Shown: positions 12,869 to 25,856, numbered from the whole stretch's first letter. The stretch: 63,619 nt of DNA, filler included, from Pelomyxa schiedti (GCA_020536535.1; 13 parts of 13 records of this genome joined end to end with filler, not necessarily neighbours in it), one strand, 5' to 3'. Notes: generated by a model from the sequence alone, not told the origin. Made by a program: numbers and translations.

Positions 12869-13041
12869 ATGCCATGGCATCAAATACAATAAGAAAACAA
12901 GTTTGAGGTGGGGCACTTTGTTGACTATTGAATTGTTGACACCTCACCCTAACCCTAGGTTGGAGAACAACAATTCTTCCCGATGATCATCTTTAGAAGA
13001 AGAAAAAATAACCAAATCTTCGCACGGTGGCTGTGGGCAAC

Positions 13042-14198
13042 ATGGCATTGTGGGACGGTAGGTTCGTCGTGGAGTCGCTGCGCGTCGGGGCCCTCGCCGC
13101 CAACTGCGTGTGCGTCGCCGACGTGGCCGAGGGCGTGGCCGCCATCTTCGACCCCGGCGACAACGCCCCCGCCATCGTCGACACCCTGCTGCGCCGCACC
13201 GTCGACCCCAAGATTATGGGTGGCCGTGGCGCCGCCGCCGCCGACGCGTCCGCTTCCCCGTCGGCGCCTTCTCCTCCCATAAGTGCGACTTCGGCTGCTA
13301 CCACCGCGGCGTCGACCGCCGCGACGGCAGCAAACACCGCGGCTGTCCCACAATCGCAAAACCAGCAAGCCGAACCGTCGCCAAACTGCGATGGCGTGAG
13401 GGTTCGTGTTGTTATGATTGTGCTGACACATTCACATATGGACCACTGTTTGGCTGTGCCCCAGTTGAAAAAGATGTTCCCTGATGCAAAGGCAAGGTTT
13501 CACTTTTCCTTTTTTTTGTTTCGGTTCTTTTGTTACTGCTATATTACTTCCGCGGGATATGAAATGCCTGGAAAGAAACAAAAACCTTTCTATTCATTGT
13601 GCTTATCTTTGACACAGATTGTTATGCATCCAAATGATGTGGCTATGTATAATGTACGCCTCTCTTTCATCTAGAAAATGTTGCTTCTTTCTTGTTCTAA
13701 TTATTCCATAGATTGTTCCGCTGCAGTGCATGCTCTTTGGAATGCCCCCGCCGGAAGGCAATATGATGCCGCCAATGGAAGTTTCCTTGGCAGACCAGAT
13801 GGACTTGGAGATTTCCTCCGGCCTCAAAGCAAAAGTTTTACATACACCAGGGCATTCCCCAGGTTCAGTCTGTTTCTACTTCCCAGAGGTAATTGAACTC
13901 CGGTTTATTTTTCCAATCCAACAAACACACAACAGCTTAACAGGCTTCTTTCTGGAGACACACTTTTTCAGGGCTCTGTTGGCAGGACTGATTTACCAGG
14001 TGGTGATATGAATGCTCTCTCCACATCCATTAAAGGTAAACTCTTACCACTACCGGACTCCACCATAGTTATTCCTGGGTATGTTCTCCACTCTGGAATA
14101 ATTTAAAACCGCTAAGCACAACAAGGCACGGGGACATAACAACTGTAGGCCAGGAGAAGTCCTCAAATCCTTTTGTCCAATACATGGCCAAACTTTGA
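13042..14198 (+). CDS. MBL-fold metallo-hydrolase, glyoxalase II/YcbL-like (exons 13042-13491, 13618-13653, 13712-13888, 13936-14078, 14126-14198)
   Basis: The spliced product has all motifs in order: [55 protein letters not shown]. Confidence 0.9.
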
Positions 14199-14271
14199 AG
14201 TTTCTCTATTTTGGGCAAACCCTAATAGTATTTGTAGCAAGTAACAAAAGAAAAGTATTTTTTACTTTTCT

Positions 14272-15936
14272 TTATCTAAACAAAATAGAGTATTCCCTCG
14301 TAGAGGCACCAAAGCGTAGTGAATCGCCATGAGCCAAAGGGTAATACTCAGAAGGTACAAGGGCAGTGCCATTCAACTGTGTTCCATTAGTACTGCCAAG
14401 GTCCACGATCGCGGGTCTATAAAAGAGGAGATCGATAAAGGCTTCCACATAGGTGATGGAAGTTACGTTGGGATTTTGTGGCCCTCTGCCGGTTCAAACT
14501 TGATTTTTGCATGAACTTTGCTGCAGCTTGGATGTGCTAATTCAATGTCACTCTGTGGTATCGCGTTAATTGCGGAATTGAATTTATGGGAGTGGAACCT
14601 CCGGGTCCCGCCCAAATTTAAAAACTTTGGTGGGGTCAAGGTATGTCTGTGCTGGAAGGTGTTAGTATAAAAGGAATGAAAAAGAAGGCATAAAACCGAT
14701 GGTTGCTCCATCTTTAGTGATGACCAGGAACCAGCCTCTGTTGCCGTTGTGTTCATCATCTGGGTCCTCCTTCCCAGCTCTGCGTAATTCCTTTCTGCGT
14801 TCCATTTCTTCCTTATCGTGCTTTATTCTTTCTTCTCTAGCACTAGCCTCTCGGGCTTCTTGTTGTTTTCGAATACGCTCCGCTTCATGCAGCACTTTCT
14901 ATAAGAGACTATAAGTACTGGTAAGTGCCTTATCTTTGGCTTTGTGATTTAGTTGTTTGGTTCGGATCGCCTTACATCTTTTTCTCTATCAAGAATGGTT
15001 TCCAGCATTATGTCCTTGTATGAGCGTGTGTCTTCCACAGGCCGTGCTGGTGCTGGTGGCACTGGAGCCGGTTCTGCTTTCTGTAGTTAAAACAGAGAGT
15101 AAATGGTAAATTGAATGTAGAGAGGGGCAAACATCATGGCGTTGTCTGCCCTTTTTAGGAGCTGTGGCAACTGGTTCCGGTTCATTTGGATCCTTTTTGA
15201 GATACAAAGTGAATGGATCCTTTTTAGGGGGAGACATCTTGCGTTTCCTCCACTGGGCTCGGTATTCGCCCTCTCTTTCTGCAATGGTTGGCCTCTTTGG
15301 TACCTGGGAGGAACAAGAAGGTAACAGTTATCACATGCAGTTTAGGACATACAACTGTTTCAGCATCAGCACCAGGTATCTCTCTGAAGAATTGAGATGG
15401 AGCAGTATATGACGGCAAAGCAGCCTTATCTCTCTTCCTGGATACAGAGTTTTAAGTGTATTGATAATGATGGATTTAATAGTTATAAACTAGAGCAAGT
15501 ATAGGAGCCCAGAAGAAAATGAAATAGTGGGCAGGTAGTTTACGGAATGAGTGGGTCTGGATCCTCCTCGTCGTCAGCAGTGCTAATTGATAGGTTTATT
15601 TTGTCAGTGTCTTCTGCCTCGTACAGAAAAGAATCATATCCCTTCCCATCCCCAATTCCAAACCCAACCTGAAAATTGCATTTAAAAAATGTTACCTTTA
15701 CCACCTGAAAATAAACAAACAAAAAAATAAATCTAGAAATAACGAAATAAAGACACCAACAACAACAACGGGACGCGCACCAGGCCGAGTTCGCGTTTTT
15801 TCCTCTGGTCCTGCAGTTGCTTAATTTCTGCGGCACACGACTCGGAATCTAACGCCGCCACCCCACTCGACGTCGCGCTCGTAGTGGTGCTCGTGTTCGT
15901 GCTCGAACTTACGCCCCCGCCCCCTGGTCGAGACAT
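14272..15936 (-). CDS. SF3B1-N-terminal-like region fused to a SNIP1/NIPP1-like FHA domain (9 exons: 15936-15781, 15668-15544, 15437-15353, 15303-15133, 15080-14976, 14898-14697, 14651-14599, 14552-14467, 14416-14272)
   Basis: All introns are GT-AG and phase-compatible. SF3B1-like blocks: YDSFLY, SYTAP..FREIP, TIAEREGEY, MSPPKKDPF, RSYKDIM. FHA motifs: FKFGR, HPSCSKVHA, VDLGSTNGT, LRFGASTREY. Confidence 0.85.
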
Positions 15937-16082
15937 TTTAATTGTTTGTTGTGTAGCCCGAAAAATCTGGCTGCACACTCAAAGTAATACATGAAATGAG
16001 GGTTCTCACCTGGAGAACCACGTCTCTGGGCACAGAGGAAGGCTGGGTGTTCAAAGAAGAAAGACCCCGGGATCACAAGAAG

Positions 16083-18493
16083 ATGAAGTTCGCGGAACGT
16101 CCGAGTGACGTTGTACCTACGCCCACAATGCAGTCTTGCAAGGCTACAACTTCGACGTTGAAGGAATCAGCGCTGGCGATGCCGATGCATGCGGCTACGA
16201 CGCCGGCGGCCTCGAGGGGATCGCCGTGCACGGCGCTCTCGTCGCGGGCGTCGTGGGTGCTGCAGGTGTCGCGGGCCGTGTGGGAGCTCGTGGTGGTGCC
16301 GCTGGTCGTCGCCCCGCGCGTCGCCCGCGGCGTGTGCCTCACCTCCCGCAAGAGCACGTGGCTCGCCGGCCTCGCCGACGCCCTGTTCCCCCTCGTCCCC
16401 AGGGTCTGCCGCGCCATCCTCCTCGCCACTGCTTGCGACGGCGACTGCGACGACGACGGATGCGGGGGGAGCGGGCGCGCGAGGGGGGATAATGGGACCG
16501 GGCGCCGCCGAGGGGGTTGTGGCCACGGCGACGGGGTGATGGCGGATCTGGCTTGCTGCTGGACGTCGCACACGTCGAGGTATTATGGGTTGGAGTGCGC
16601 GGCGAGGGCTGGGAGCGTGAGGTGCGCGGAGTGGATTGTGGGGAAAATGGTGCGTCCCACAATGAGGAACAACAGGAAGGAATGCATTTCTGTGCTGAAG
16701 GGCCTGTGTGCCGGTAAGTATTACTCACTTATTCAATTCCATTCCGTTATGCTGTATCAGAATATATTGAATAAAAAATAAACTTTCAATAGAATTGTAT
16801 GAAAAATTAAAATTTAACAGTCTATAAATAGGCGGGCATGTTGCCATGGCACAGGAACTTGTTGGTAGTGTTGATAGACCATGGAGGGGAGGCCTCCTAA
16901 AGTGGCCGGCAAATGACCCTGACTTGCTGGATGATATGCGGAGCGCAACTGACTCTAGTTCACACTGCAGCCTCCTGTGGAGTGCATGTGAAGGTGGCCA
17001 CCTTGAGGCTGTCAAGTGGGTGATGTCAAGGTTTGGTGTTGGAAGGGAGGTGTGGGAGGTTGTGGCTCCATTCCAGGCTGCACTGAGAAAGGGCAATGTT
17101 AAAGTTGTAAAGTGGTTGGCATGCTCCACTGGTGTTGTTGGGTCTGGACAGGCAGTGTTCACCACTCCGCATCACTGTCATCCTGGTGATTTCTTGGAGG
17201 TTGTGAAGCTCTGCATGGGGTGGTTCCCTGAGCAAAAGAGAGGCACATTTGAGGAAGGGAATATGATACTGCACAGATTTATTCACTGCTGCTGCTCACA
17301 AAATGCTCCCCACATGCTTCTAGAAGGTTGCCAGTGGCTCAAGGAAACATTGTCAATTACACAAATGCGTTCCCTGGAATACATTACAAATAAAACAGCT
17401 TTTCAGTGGGCAATTGAAACCTTCTCTGTCTCACCAACACAGCAGATTCTGTGCGGCATATGTAGAAATGGTGCCGAGAAGGAGCTGGTGCAGTGGTACC
17501 TTCAGACCTTTGCACCTAGTATTGGGCCTATTGCTCCAGAGACCTTCATTGAAGCATGTGGCAAAACTACTGTGTCAGTGCTGAAGTTACTGTTACCAAC
17601 AACTCCACCTCTCACAGTAGACAACCTCCAACAGGCACTTGAGAATTCCCTCAATGAGAACAGCATCATTACGGCAGCGTGGTTGGATGAGACATTTCAT
17701 GTGATGGAAAGTTTCAATGGAACCCCTACGAAGGTGAATTCAGTGTTCATTAACCTCTGCAGTCCCAGTGGTGTGAAATGGTTCCTATCTAAAGTGTCAC
17801 CACACAATATTAGCGAGAAAGCAGTGAGGAATGCTGTTCATCGCAGTGTGGATTCTCTTCACTTTGCAGTGACACTGTTTCTACTCAGGACATTCAATGT
17901 CTCAGTTACATTCCATCAAAAAGCTGCTATCAGGAGTGTTATTGAATGGGGGACCATCCAGCAAGCCAAGCAGATAATTTCACATGTTGTGTTCTCTTCA
18001 CCAGAAATGGCCACGTGTTTATCACTATGTGAGTGCATGCAGTCAAGCAAAACTGTAAGGTGGTTAATTCGGCATTTCCACTTGAATGAAGAACAAACCA
18101 AGATGAATGACAACCACCTTCTGCTCCTCCTGTTAAGGAACAACAAGAAAAAGTGTGCAGAGTGGTTAATCCACAAGTTCCACATAACATTTGATCAAGT
18201 ATGTTATACTTCCAGGCACAACTTTCACTAACTCTCTCCACCCCCCTTTTTTTTTTTGATTGTTTTTGATTGCCCTCAAGTTTACCAAAATGGTTACTAA
18301 GCACCACTTGGCAACCACAGGCCTGGAAACATGGAGAATGCTACTTTGTGTGTACCCTGAAATGACCGCCGAGTTTGTCAAGACACACCTGATGAGCTGC
18401 ATTGTGGGAACACCCTTGCACAAACAACTAGCGATACGGAGATTTGGGCTCTCTCCTGATGACTGGTTGTTGTACGATTTTGATTCCCTCTAA
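16083..18493 (+). CDS. Degenerate ankyrin-like helical repeat protein (introns 16714-16831 and 18199-18280)
   Basis: ACEGGHLEAVKWV and ALRKGNVKVVKWL motifs; phase-compatible GT-AG introns join three ORFs. The start could instead be 15996. Confidence 0.8.
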
Positions 18494-18626
18494 ATCAAAA
18501 AAAAAAAAACTCCAAGAAAATATTTGGAACAAATAGAAATTTGGAAAAGGTATTCACAGGGTTTTCGATTATTCAAAAACAACCTTATGTCAATACCTTT
18601 AACTACATAAATACCTCATTGCGATG

Positions 18627-21600
18627 TTAGTTCCTTTGAGAAGAACTGCTGCTGCTGGGTTTCTTTGAAACGCCACGCCAGTGGTTCAGGTTATCCCATG
18701 CCTGCGATTCCAGCATGGCAAAGTTGGGGAATAGGCCTTTCAGAGCTAGTAGAAGTGGTACTACAAACAGGGGAACGAACGAATTCTGTAGGGTATTAGT
18801 ATTTTACGTTGGCACGTTTTGATTCATGTAATTTTACTTATTAACGTTTACCGGAATGTATTCCGTGAAGGATAAATTACTACGAGGGAAGGGCACAAAC
18901 CTGCATTTCCAGTGCGCTTGCAGTTCCGTCCATGAACTTGGAAGTGGGAAGTCCCCTCGCTATCTCGTCGGCACCTTGTTTGCAGAACTCCTTCATGAGC
19001 CTGTTGGTCCACTCCTGGCAAACCTCCCACTCGCGGTATGCATTGCTGATATCGGCCGCTTTCAGAAGAAGCTGCAGAATCAGCATCTTCCCTTGAGGGG
19101 TATGTGCAACGAAACCGGCTTTGTCTTGGTCACCCTCGAGGGTTCCCTCAGCAGGAAGCCATGCCTTGAGTGCGTCAACCAGTTCAACGTGCTTTGCCAT
19201 GTCCGTGGCACAGATCAACTTGAAAACCAAGTTATGGATTTCTATCTGCTGCTGTGCCGAAAGTCCGGAAAGTGGCATGCATTCGGGGTCAAGTAACAGG
19301 GCACTCATTGCAAAGGCAGAATGGGACCGCTCAAGTGGTGATTCCATGAAGGTTACAAAAGTCTGGTGGAGAGTGTTCTTCAGGAAAACGTTGTTGCGGC
19401 CAGGGTGCTTGTAATCGTGCGACGCGGCGGCGATCGCACACGCAAGGCGTTCCATCGGTGTGATTGTGGCCGAGAACTGTGGTGATGCTTTCTCGGCCAT
19501 GGTGAGAAGTGAGTGGAATGCTTGGGTGACATCCGCCGCGTGGTATTTGTTGTGGTAGGGATTCTCGTATGGTGTTGGTGGCTCCTTGGAGAGTACTGGA
19601 TGAGGGTCCGAGCAGTAGTCAAGTTCCAGTTTTCGTACCCATTGCATTAGGAGCTTATAGTTAACCTGGCTAAACTGTGATGGAATCTGCTCTTCCAAAA
19701 GGACAGAGTAAAACACGGACTGCAAAACGCAGTCTTGGCCGACGGTGTTTCCAACCTGAATTGCGGGAATGAGTGCGTGGAAAGGGCTTCTAATTGAAGA
19801 ACAACCTGGAAAACGTTGAATGCCCACGGAGTCACTGGCGCTCGTGGAAGGGACAATGCTGTTTCACGATTTCCGGTTGACCCCACTTCGAGGTCCAAAG
19901 GATAAGCAGTGGTATGGTGTTCCATTTCAATTCCACAGTCATGGACGAACTGCTTTTGATCGGAATTCAACTCTGTCATGGTCTTGACGACTAGAGGAAA
20001 TTCAGTACAAGGAGGTGATTTAACTTTCGTACCTTTGAAATCCCTGTGCAAAAGGAGGTGTCTTGCATCAGCTAACAGTTTCGCATATGTCTCGGTGATC
20101 CCCTTTTCAGGGTGTTCACTCATTTCCCGAAGTGCTTCAGTGATCTGTTTAAGAAGGTAAGTGTGTTGAAAAAGCCCACAAAATATCTATACATCTTTCA
20201 TTCCACTTGTGAGAGCATTGACCGCGGCCATATCCTTCTGCACTTGCCCAAGACTCCTCGAGTTGGACTTCATCTCATCCAACTCAGTGCTCAAGTCGGC
20301 AATTTTGGCTGTCAGACCCGCATACTTCCTCGTCAGAGCACTGTACGCTCCAATGGCTCCAGCTGCAACGACCATCGAAATTCCGAGAATCGTAGAAATG
20401 CAAATCATCAGAACCATGGCGTATCTTTCATCTTCAGTTGCCTTCTTTTCATCAACAACCGAGATGACAATCCACCTTGATCTGGGAACGTAGCCCCAAG
20501 AGATGAACCTGCTTCCCGTGGCGAACTGAATGGTTGCGATGTATGTTTCCGTGCTGTTGAAGTTGTCCAGAGTGGGCTTGATAACCTCCGCAATGTGTTG
20601 ATAACGTGAGTTGGAAAAGATGTTCCACTGTGTGAGGTTATAATTGGGTGTCTCCAGGATCTGGGTGTAGTTGAATGTTCCGTCCGGTTCTTGGTAATCT
20701 TCATCCTCTCCACTCACCCAGTCAGCTGATCCCGCCTCGGGAATCATCATCAGAGTCCCGTCGTATGAAACCAGAACAACGTAAGCGCCAGAAGAAAGCT
20801 CTTTGGTCATTTCCGCCACCTGTGTGATGATCTGTGTGACGAATGCATCCATTCCGCATTGTCCCAGCGATCCCGTGAATCCCGTATTCGGGATTCGGGA
20901 GTCGTAGAGCGAATAATATACAGATGAGACCCATTTCTTCGATACTTGGTCAATATAAGGATCGACCCACGTGAATCCTCTTTCGTCGGCTACTCCTTCT
21001 AGAGGCCGTTGCGTGTCCATAATCTGGACGACAAACAGAGGGAAATAAGGATAAATCATGGAGAAGCCGTTCTTTCCAATATAGTACATCTGCGAAACGA
21101 CATCCACCCACGCCTCCTCGAAATTGGCCATAAGCGGTGCCATTGCACCAAGCCTCCAGAAGTATCTCTCAACGATTTCCTGCACCTGAGTTTCATTGTA
21201 GTTCTGTGCCATGAACAGAACTTCAGCCGGTCCTCCAAAAGGCGCAAGTGTTGCATAAGCCCTACACCCAGGACAGTCTGGCCGCGTGTAGTTCCTAATG
21301 AATAGGGTCAAAGGGGAAACGAAAGAAAGAAAGTACCAGTAGCCGTAAGTTGCTATTTCGGAGGCGGGAGGAATTCTTGGGGTGTCGAGGGCGTCAGCCA
21401 TGGTTCGACAAAAAGCAAGTAAAGAGGGCTGCACAGTTTCGCAAAATGTTGTAATAGGACCTGTCGGCGATAGTGAATAAATGTATGCAAAGAGAAGAAC
21501 AAACGGGAGAAGCGAAAAGCCGAAAAACGAAAAAAAATCAAAAAAAAAAAAAAAAAAAACACAAACGAAACGACAAAAAAGACGCAAGTCCCGAAACCGA

Positions 21601-21941
21601 AAAAAAAAAAAACAACGCATACCAGTTACGGTCGCGGTAGTCGACTCGACGTAGATCCTGGTCTGGTCCGAAATGGTGTCGACGAGATTCACAGCGAACA
21701 CGCTGACGACGACGGCGCCGGCTGCGGCCACGAGCGCGCAGCACACGAACAGCACCACGACCACCCACTCGGTCCCGCGCCACAGGCGGTGCTCGCCCTC
21801 GTCGGCGTTTCCGCCGCGGCGCCTCTTGCTGCTGTTGTTGTTGGTGTTGGTGTTGGTGGCGCCACCAGGTGGGCCCCCGAGCTTGGGAGTCCTGGAGTGT
21901 GACGCTGGCCTCGGTGTTGAGTCCCTCAGTTGGTGGTGCAT
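18627..21941 (-). CDS. Receptor-type class I cyclic nucleotide phosphodiesterase with dCache-like sensor, copy 1 (multi-exon)
   Basis: TM1 WVVVVLFVCCALVAAAGAVVVSVFAV. Cache-like FTWVDPYID...GMD...YVVLVSYDG...RWIVISV. TM2 MVLMICISTILGISMVVAAGAIGAY, then a coiled coil. PDE motifs YHNKYHAADV, HDYKHPG, LERSH, TDM, ADISN, EF..QG, and Q|NSF in the last exon. Confidence 0.92.
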
Positions 21942-22572
21942 CGTGTGTATAGAGAGGTAGTTGTAGTAGGAGTAGGAGTTAGGTGGTATAAAACAAAACA
22001 AACAAGGTGTTGTTGGGTGTTGTTGTTGTGGTGTTTTTGTTTTATTTGTTTTGTTTTTGGTTGTGGTGGTGCGTTTTCTGTTTATGTTTATGGTGGTGCT
22101 TTCTTTTGTTTTGTGGGTGAGTTGTGTTCTTTCTTTGTGAGTTGAAAAAATTATTTTAGGCTTCGGCACTTTGTTTTGGTTGCTGGGATGTCGGTTTGTT
22201 CATGGAAACCTTCCTTATTTGGGAGTGTTGCTGCTGCGGGGTTTAGGCGCCGGTGATGTCGCTGATGCGTGATTCTGTGATCGCACCTTTTAGATGGAAA
22301 AGATCAACTCACATATCCACGGAACCTGGCACGCCGAGGTGATGAACTGTGAGAAGCATAAAGAAAAAAAAAATTTTAATTTGAACTTCAAAAAAACCAA
22401 AATGGCCAAAAAAAAACCTGTGTGAAGTGTGAGTTTGTTTGTTGTGTGAAGGTGGGTTATGCAAGGAAAAGTGTGGGAGTCACACCTTGATGCCTCAAGG
22501 TTTGTTGCGGATTTCGGGAGTCATCACACTCCCTGCTTGTTGTTGTTGTTGTTTGCATGAGTATTGGTCCCT

Positions 22573-25500
22573 TCATGGTCGGGGAATGTGTAACCCCTCC
22601 AGCGGTTCAAGTTCTCCCATGCCAGTGTTTCAAGTGCCGCAAAGCTCGGGAATAGTCCTATAAGTGCCCTCAGAAGCGGAATCACAAACAGTGGAACGAA
22701 GGAATTCTGTTGTATTGTAAGAATCCGGCAATTTAGTGCAAGGACCTACCTGCATTTCCACGGCTGTTGCGGAGCCATCCATGAACTTGGAAGTGGCAAG
22801 TCCCCTTAATTTCTCGTCGGCACCTTGTTTGCAGAACTCCTTCATGAGCCTGTTGGTCCACTCCTGGCAAACTTCCCACTCGCGGTATGCATTGCTGATA
22901 TCGGCCGCTTTCAGAAGAAGCTGCAGTATCAAGAGTTTCCCTTGTGCAGTAGTTGCAACGAACCCGGCTTTGTCTTGGTCGCCCACGAGGGTTCCTTCAG
23001 CAGGAAGCCACGCCTTGAGTGCGTCAACCAGTTCAACGTGCTTTGCCATGTCCGTGGCACAGATCAGCTTGAAAACCAAGTTATGGAGTTCAAGCTTCTC
23101 AGCAGAGAGAAGGCCTTCAAACGGTACACATTCGGGATCAAGGAACAAGGCACTGAGAGCATAGGCAGAATGGGACCGCTCAAGTGGTGATTCCACGAAA
23201 GTTACGTAAGTCTGGTGGAGAGTCTCCTTCAGGAAAACGTTGTTGCGGCCAGGGTGCTTGTAATCGTGCGACGCGGCGGCGATCGCACACGCAAGGCGTT
23301 CCATCGGTGTGATTGTGGCTGAGAACCGTGGTGATGCTTTCTCGGCCATTGTGAGAAGTGAGTGGAATGCTTGTGTGACATCCGCCGCGTGGTATTTGTT
23401 GTGGTAGGAGTTCTCATATTGTGGTTCCTTGTCCGAGGAGGATGCTGGATTTGCGGCAGTCGGATCCGAGCAGTAATCAAGTTCCAGTTTGCGAATGAAC
23501 TTCATCAGAAGTTGGTAATCCACCCTTGGAACTTGTGCGGGAATCTGCTGTTCCAAGAGGACAGAGTAAAACACAGACTGTAAAACGCAGTCTTGGCCGA
23601 CGGTGTTTCCAACCTGTATTGGGTGAGTGCTACTGCATAGATTTAAATGAAGAACAACCTGGAAAACATTGAACGCCCACGGAGTCACTGAAGCACGCGG
23701 AAGGGATAATCCTGTTTCATTAGTACCGGCTACTACTCCTTCACAGTTGACAGGATACGCGGCCGCATTGTGTTCCATTTCAATTCCACAGTCATGAACA
23801 AATTGCTTTTGGTCCGAGTTCAACTCCGTCATGGTCTTGACGACTTGAAAAATATATCAGTGTTATTACAAGAACAAAGGGGACCTCACCTTTGAAGTCC
23901 CTGTGCAAAAGGAGGTGTCTTGCCTGCATCAATAATTTCAGGTATTCATCAGGGACTCCCCTGTCAGGGTGTTCACTGATATCCCGGAGTGCTTCAGTGA
24001 TCTGTTACAGGTAAGTTTGGAAAATATGCAAGAAGTGTTTACCTCTTTCATCCCGCTGGTAAGAGCGCCAACTGCGGCCATATCTTGCTGCTCCTGTCCA
24101 AGACTCCTCGAGTTGGACTTGATCTCATCCAACTCAGTGTTCAAGTCGGCAATTTTGGCTGTCAGACCCGCATACTTCCTCGTCACTGCACTGTACGCTC
24201 CAATGGCTCCAGCTGCAACGACCATCGAAATTCCAAGAACAGTCGAAATACAGATCATCAGAACCATGGCGTGTCTCTCGTCTTCAGTTGCCTTCTCTTC
24301 ATCAACAACCGAGATGACAATCCACCTTGATCTGGGAACGTAGCCCCAAGAGATGAACCTGCTTCCCGTGGCGAACTGGATGGTTGCGATGTACGTGTCT
24401 GGGCTGTTGAAGTTGTCCAGAGTGGGCTTGATAACCTCCGCAATGTGTTGATAACGTGAGTTGGAAAAGATGTTCCACTGTGTGAGGTTGTAATTGGGTG
24501 TCTCCAGGATCTGGGTGTAGTTGAATGTTCCGTCCGATTTCTGGTAATCTTCATCCTCTCCACTCACCCAGTCAGCTGATCCCGCCTCGGGAATCATCAT
24601 CAGAGTTCCGTCGTATGAAACCAGAACAACGTAAGCGCCAGAAGAAAGCTCTTTGGTCATTCCCGCCACCTGTGAGATGATCTGTGTGACGAATGCGTCC
24701 ATTCCGCATTTTCCCAGCGATCCTTCAAACTCATTTGGGATTCGAGAGTCATTTAAGTCCACGTAGATAGATGTAACCCACTTCTTGGTTACTTGGTCAA
24801 TATAAGGATTGACCCACGTGAATCCTCTGTCATCAGGAACTCCCAGCAGGTTAGCCTGAAAGGAAGTCATCTCTACTTTGTACAGCGGAGCATAAGGAAA
24901 TATCATAGAGAACCCGTTCTTGCCAACGTAATACATCTGTGACAACACATTCACCCAGGCGGATTCCAAGTTCTCAATCACAGGCGCCATCCCACCAAGC
25001 CTCCAGAAGTATCTCTCAACGATGTCCTGCATCTGAGAGTCATTGTAACGCTGTGCCATGAACAGAACTTCGGCCGGTCCTTCAAAACTCGAAAGTGTTG
25101 CATAGGCAGTACATCCAGCACAAGTTGACTTGGTGTAGTTCCTGTTTGAAACGTGGGTTAAAGGAAACTCCATTCAAAACCACCATAATAATGATAAAAA
25201 AAACAATAACAGGTGATTGGAGAGGTAGAAAAAATACCAGTAACCATAAGTCGCTATTTCATCGGCGGGAGGAGTCCTAGGAGTGTCCAGCAAATCGCCA
25301 ACGTCTTTGCAAAATGTGAGCACAGCCGGTTGTACAGTCTCGCAAAACGAGGTTATGGGTCCTGCACACATCGAAGCGTCATCGTCTCATCAATTCAATA
25401 AAGTTCAGTTGAAATAACCAAAACGTGATTGCAAGAAAAAATCAAAAAACAAGCGCTAACTCCCGGCAGCTACGAAACACAAACGAAACGTCAAACAAAC

Positions 25501-25856
25501 GAAACGCCGAAAAAGAGGAACAACAAAGGGTATGAAGAAAAACAGGGAAAAAAACAAAGACCCTACTAACCAGAAACCGACGTGGTTGTCGACTCGACGT
25601 AGATCCTGGTCTGGTCCGAAATGGTGTCGACGAGCCTCACGGCGAACACGCTGACGACGACGGCGCCGGCTGCGGCCACGAACGCGCAGCACATGAACAG
25701 CACCACGACCACCCACTCGGTCCCGCGCCACAGGCGGTGCTCGTCCTCGTCGGCGTCGTCGCCGCGGCGGGGTGGCCCGTTGAGGAACTTGCTGGGCGAG
25801 ACTGAGGCGCCTCTAGGCGGCGGCACCGCGTTTTTGGTTTTTGGGGAGGAGGGCAT
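22573..25856 (-). CDS. Receptor-type dCache-like phosphodiesterase, copy 2 (multi-exon)
   Basis: Same architecture, intron pattern and intact catalytic motifs as copy 1. The last exon ends WRGYIPRP*. Confidence 0.92.
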
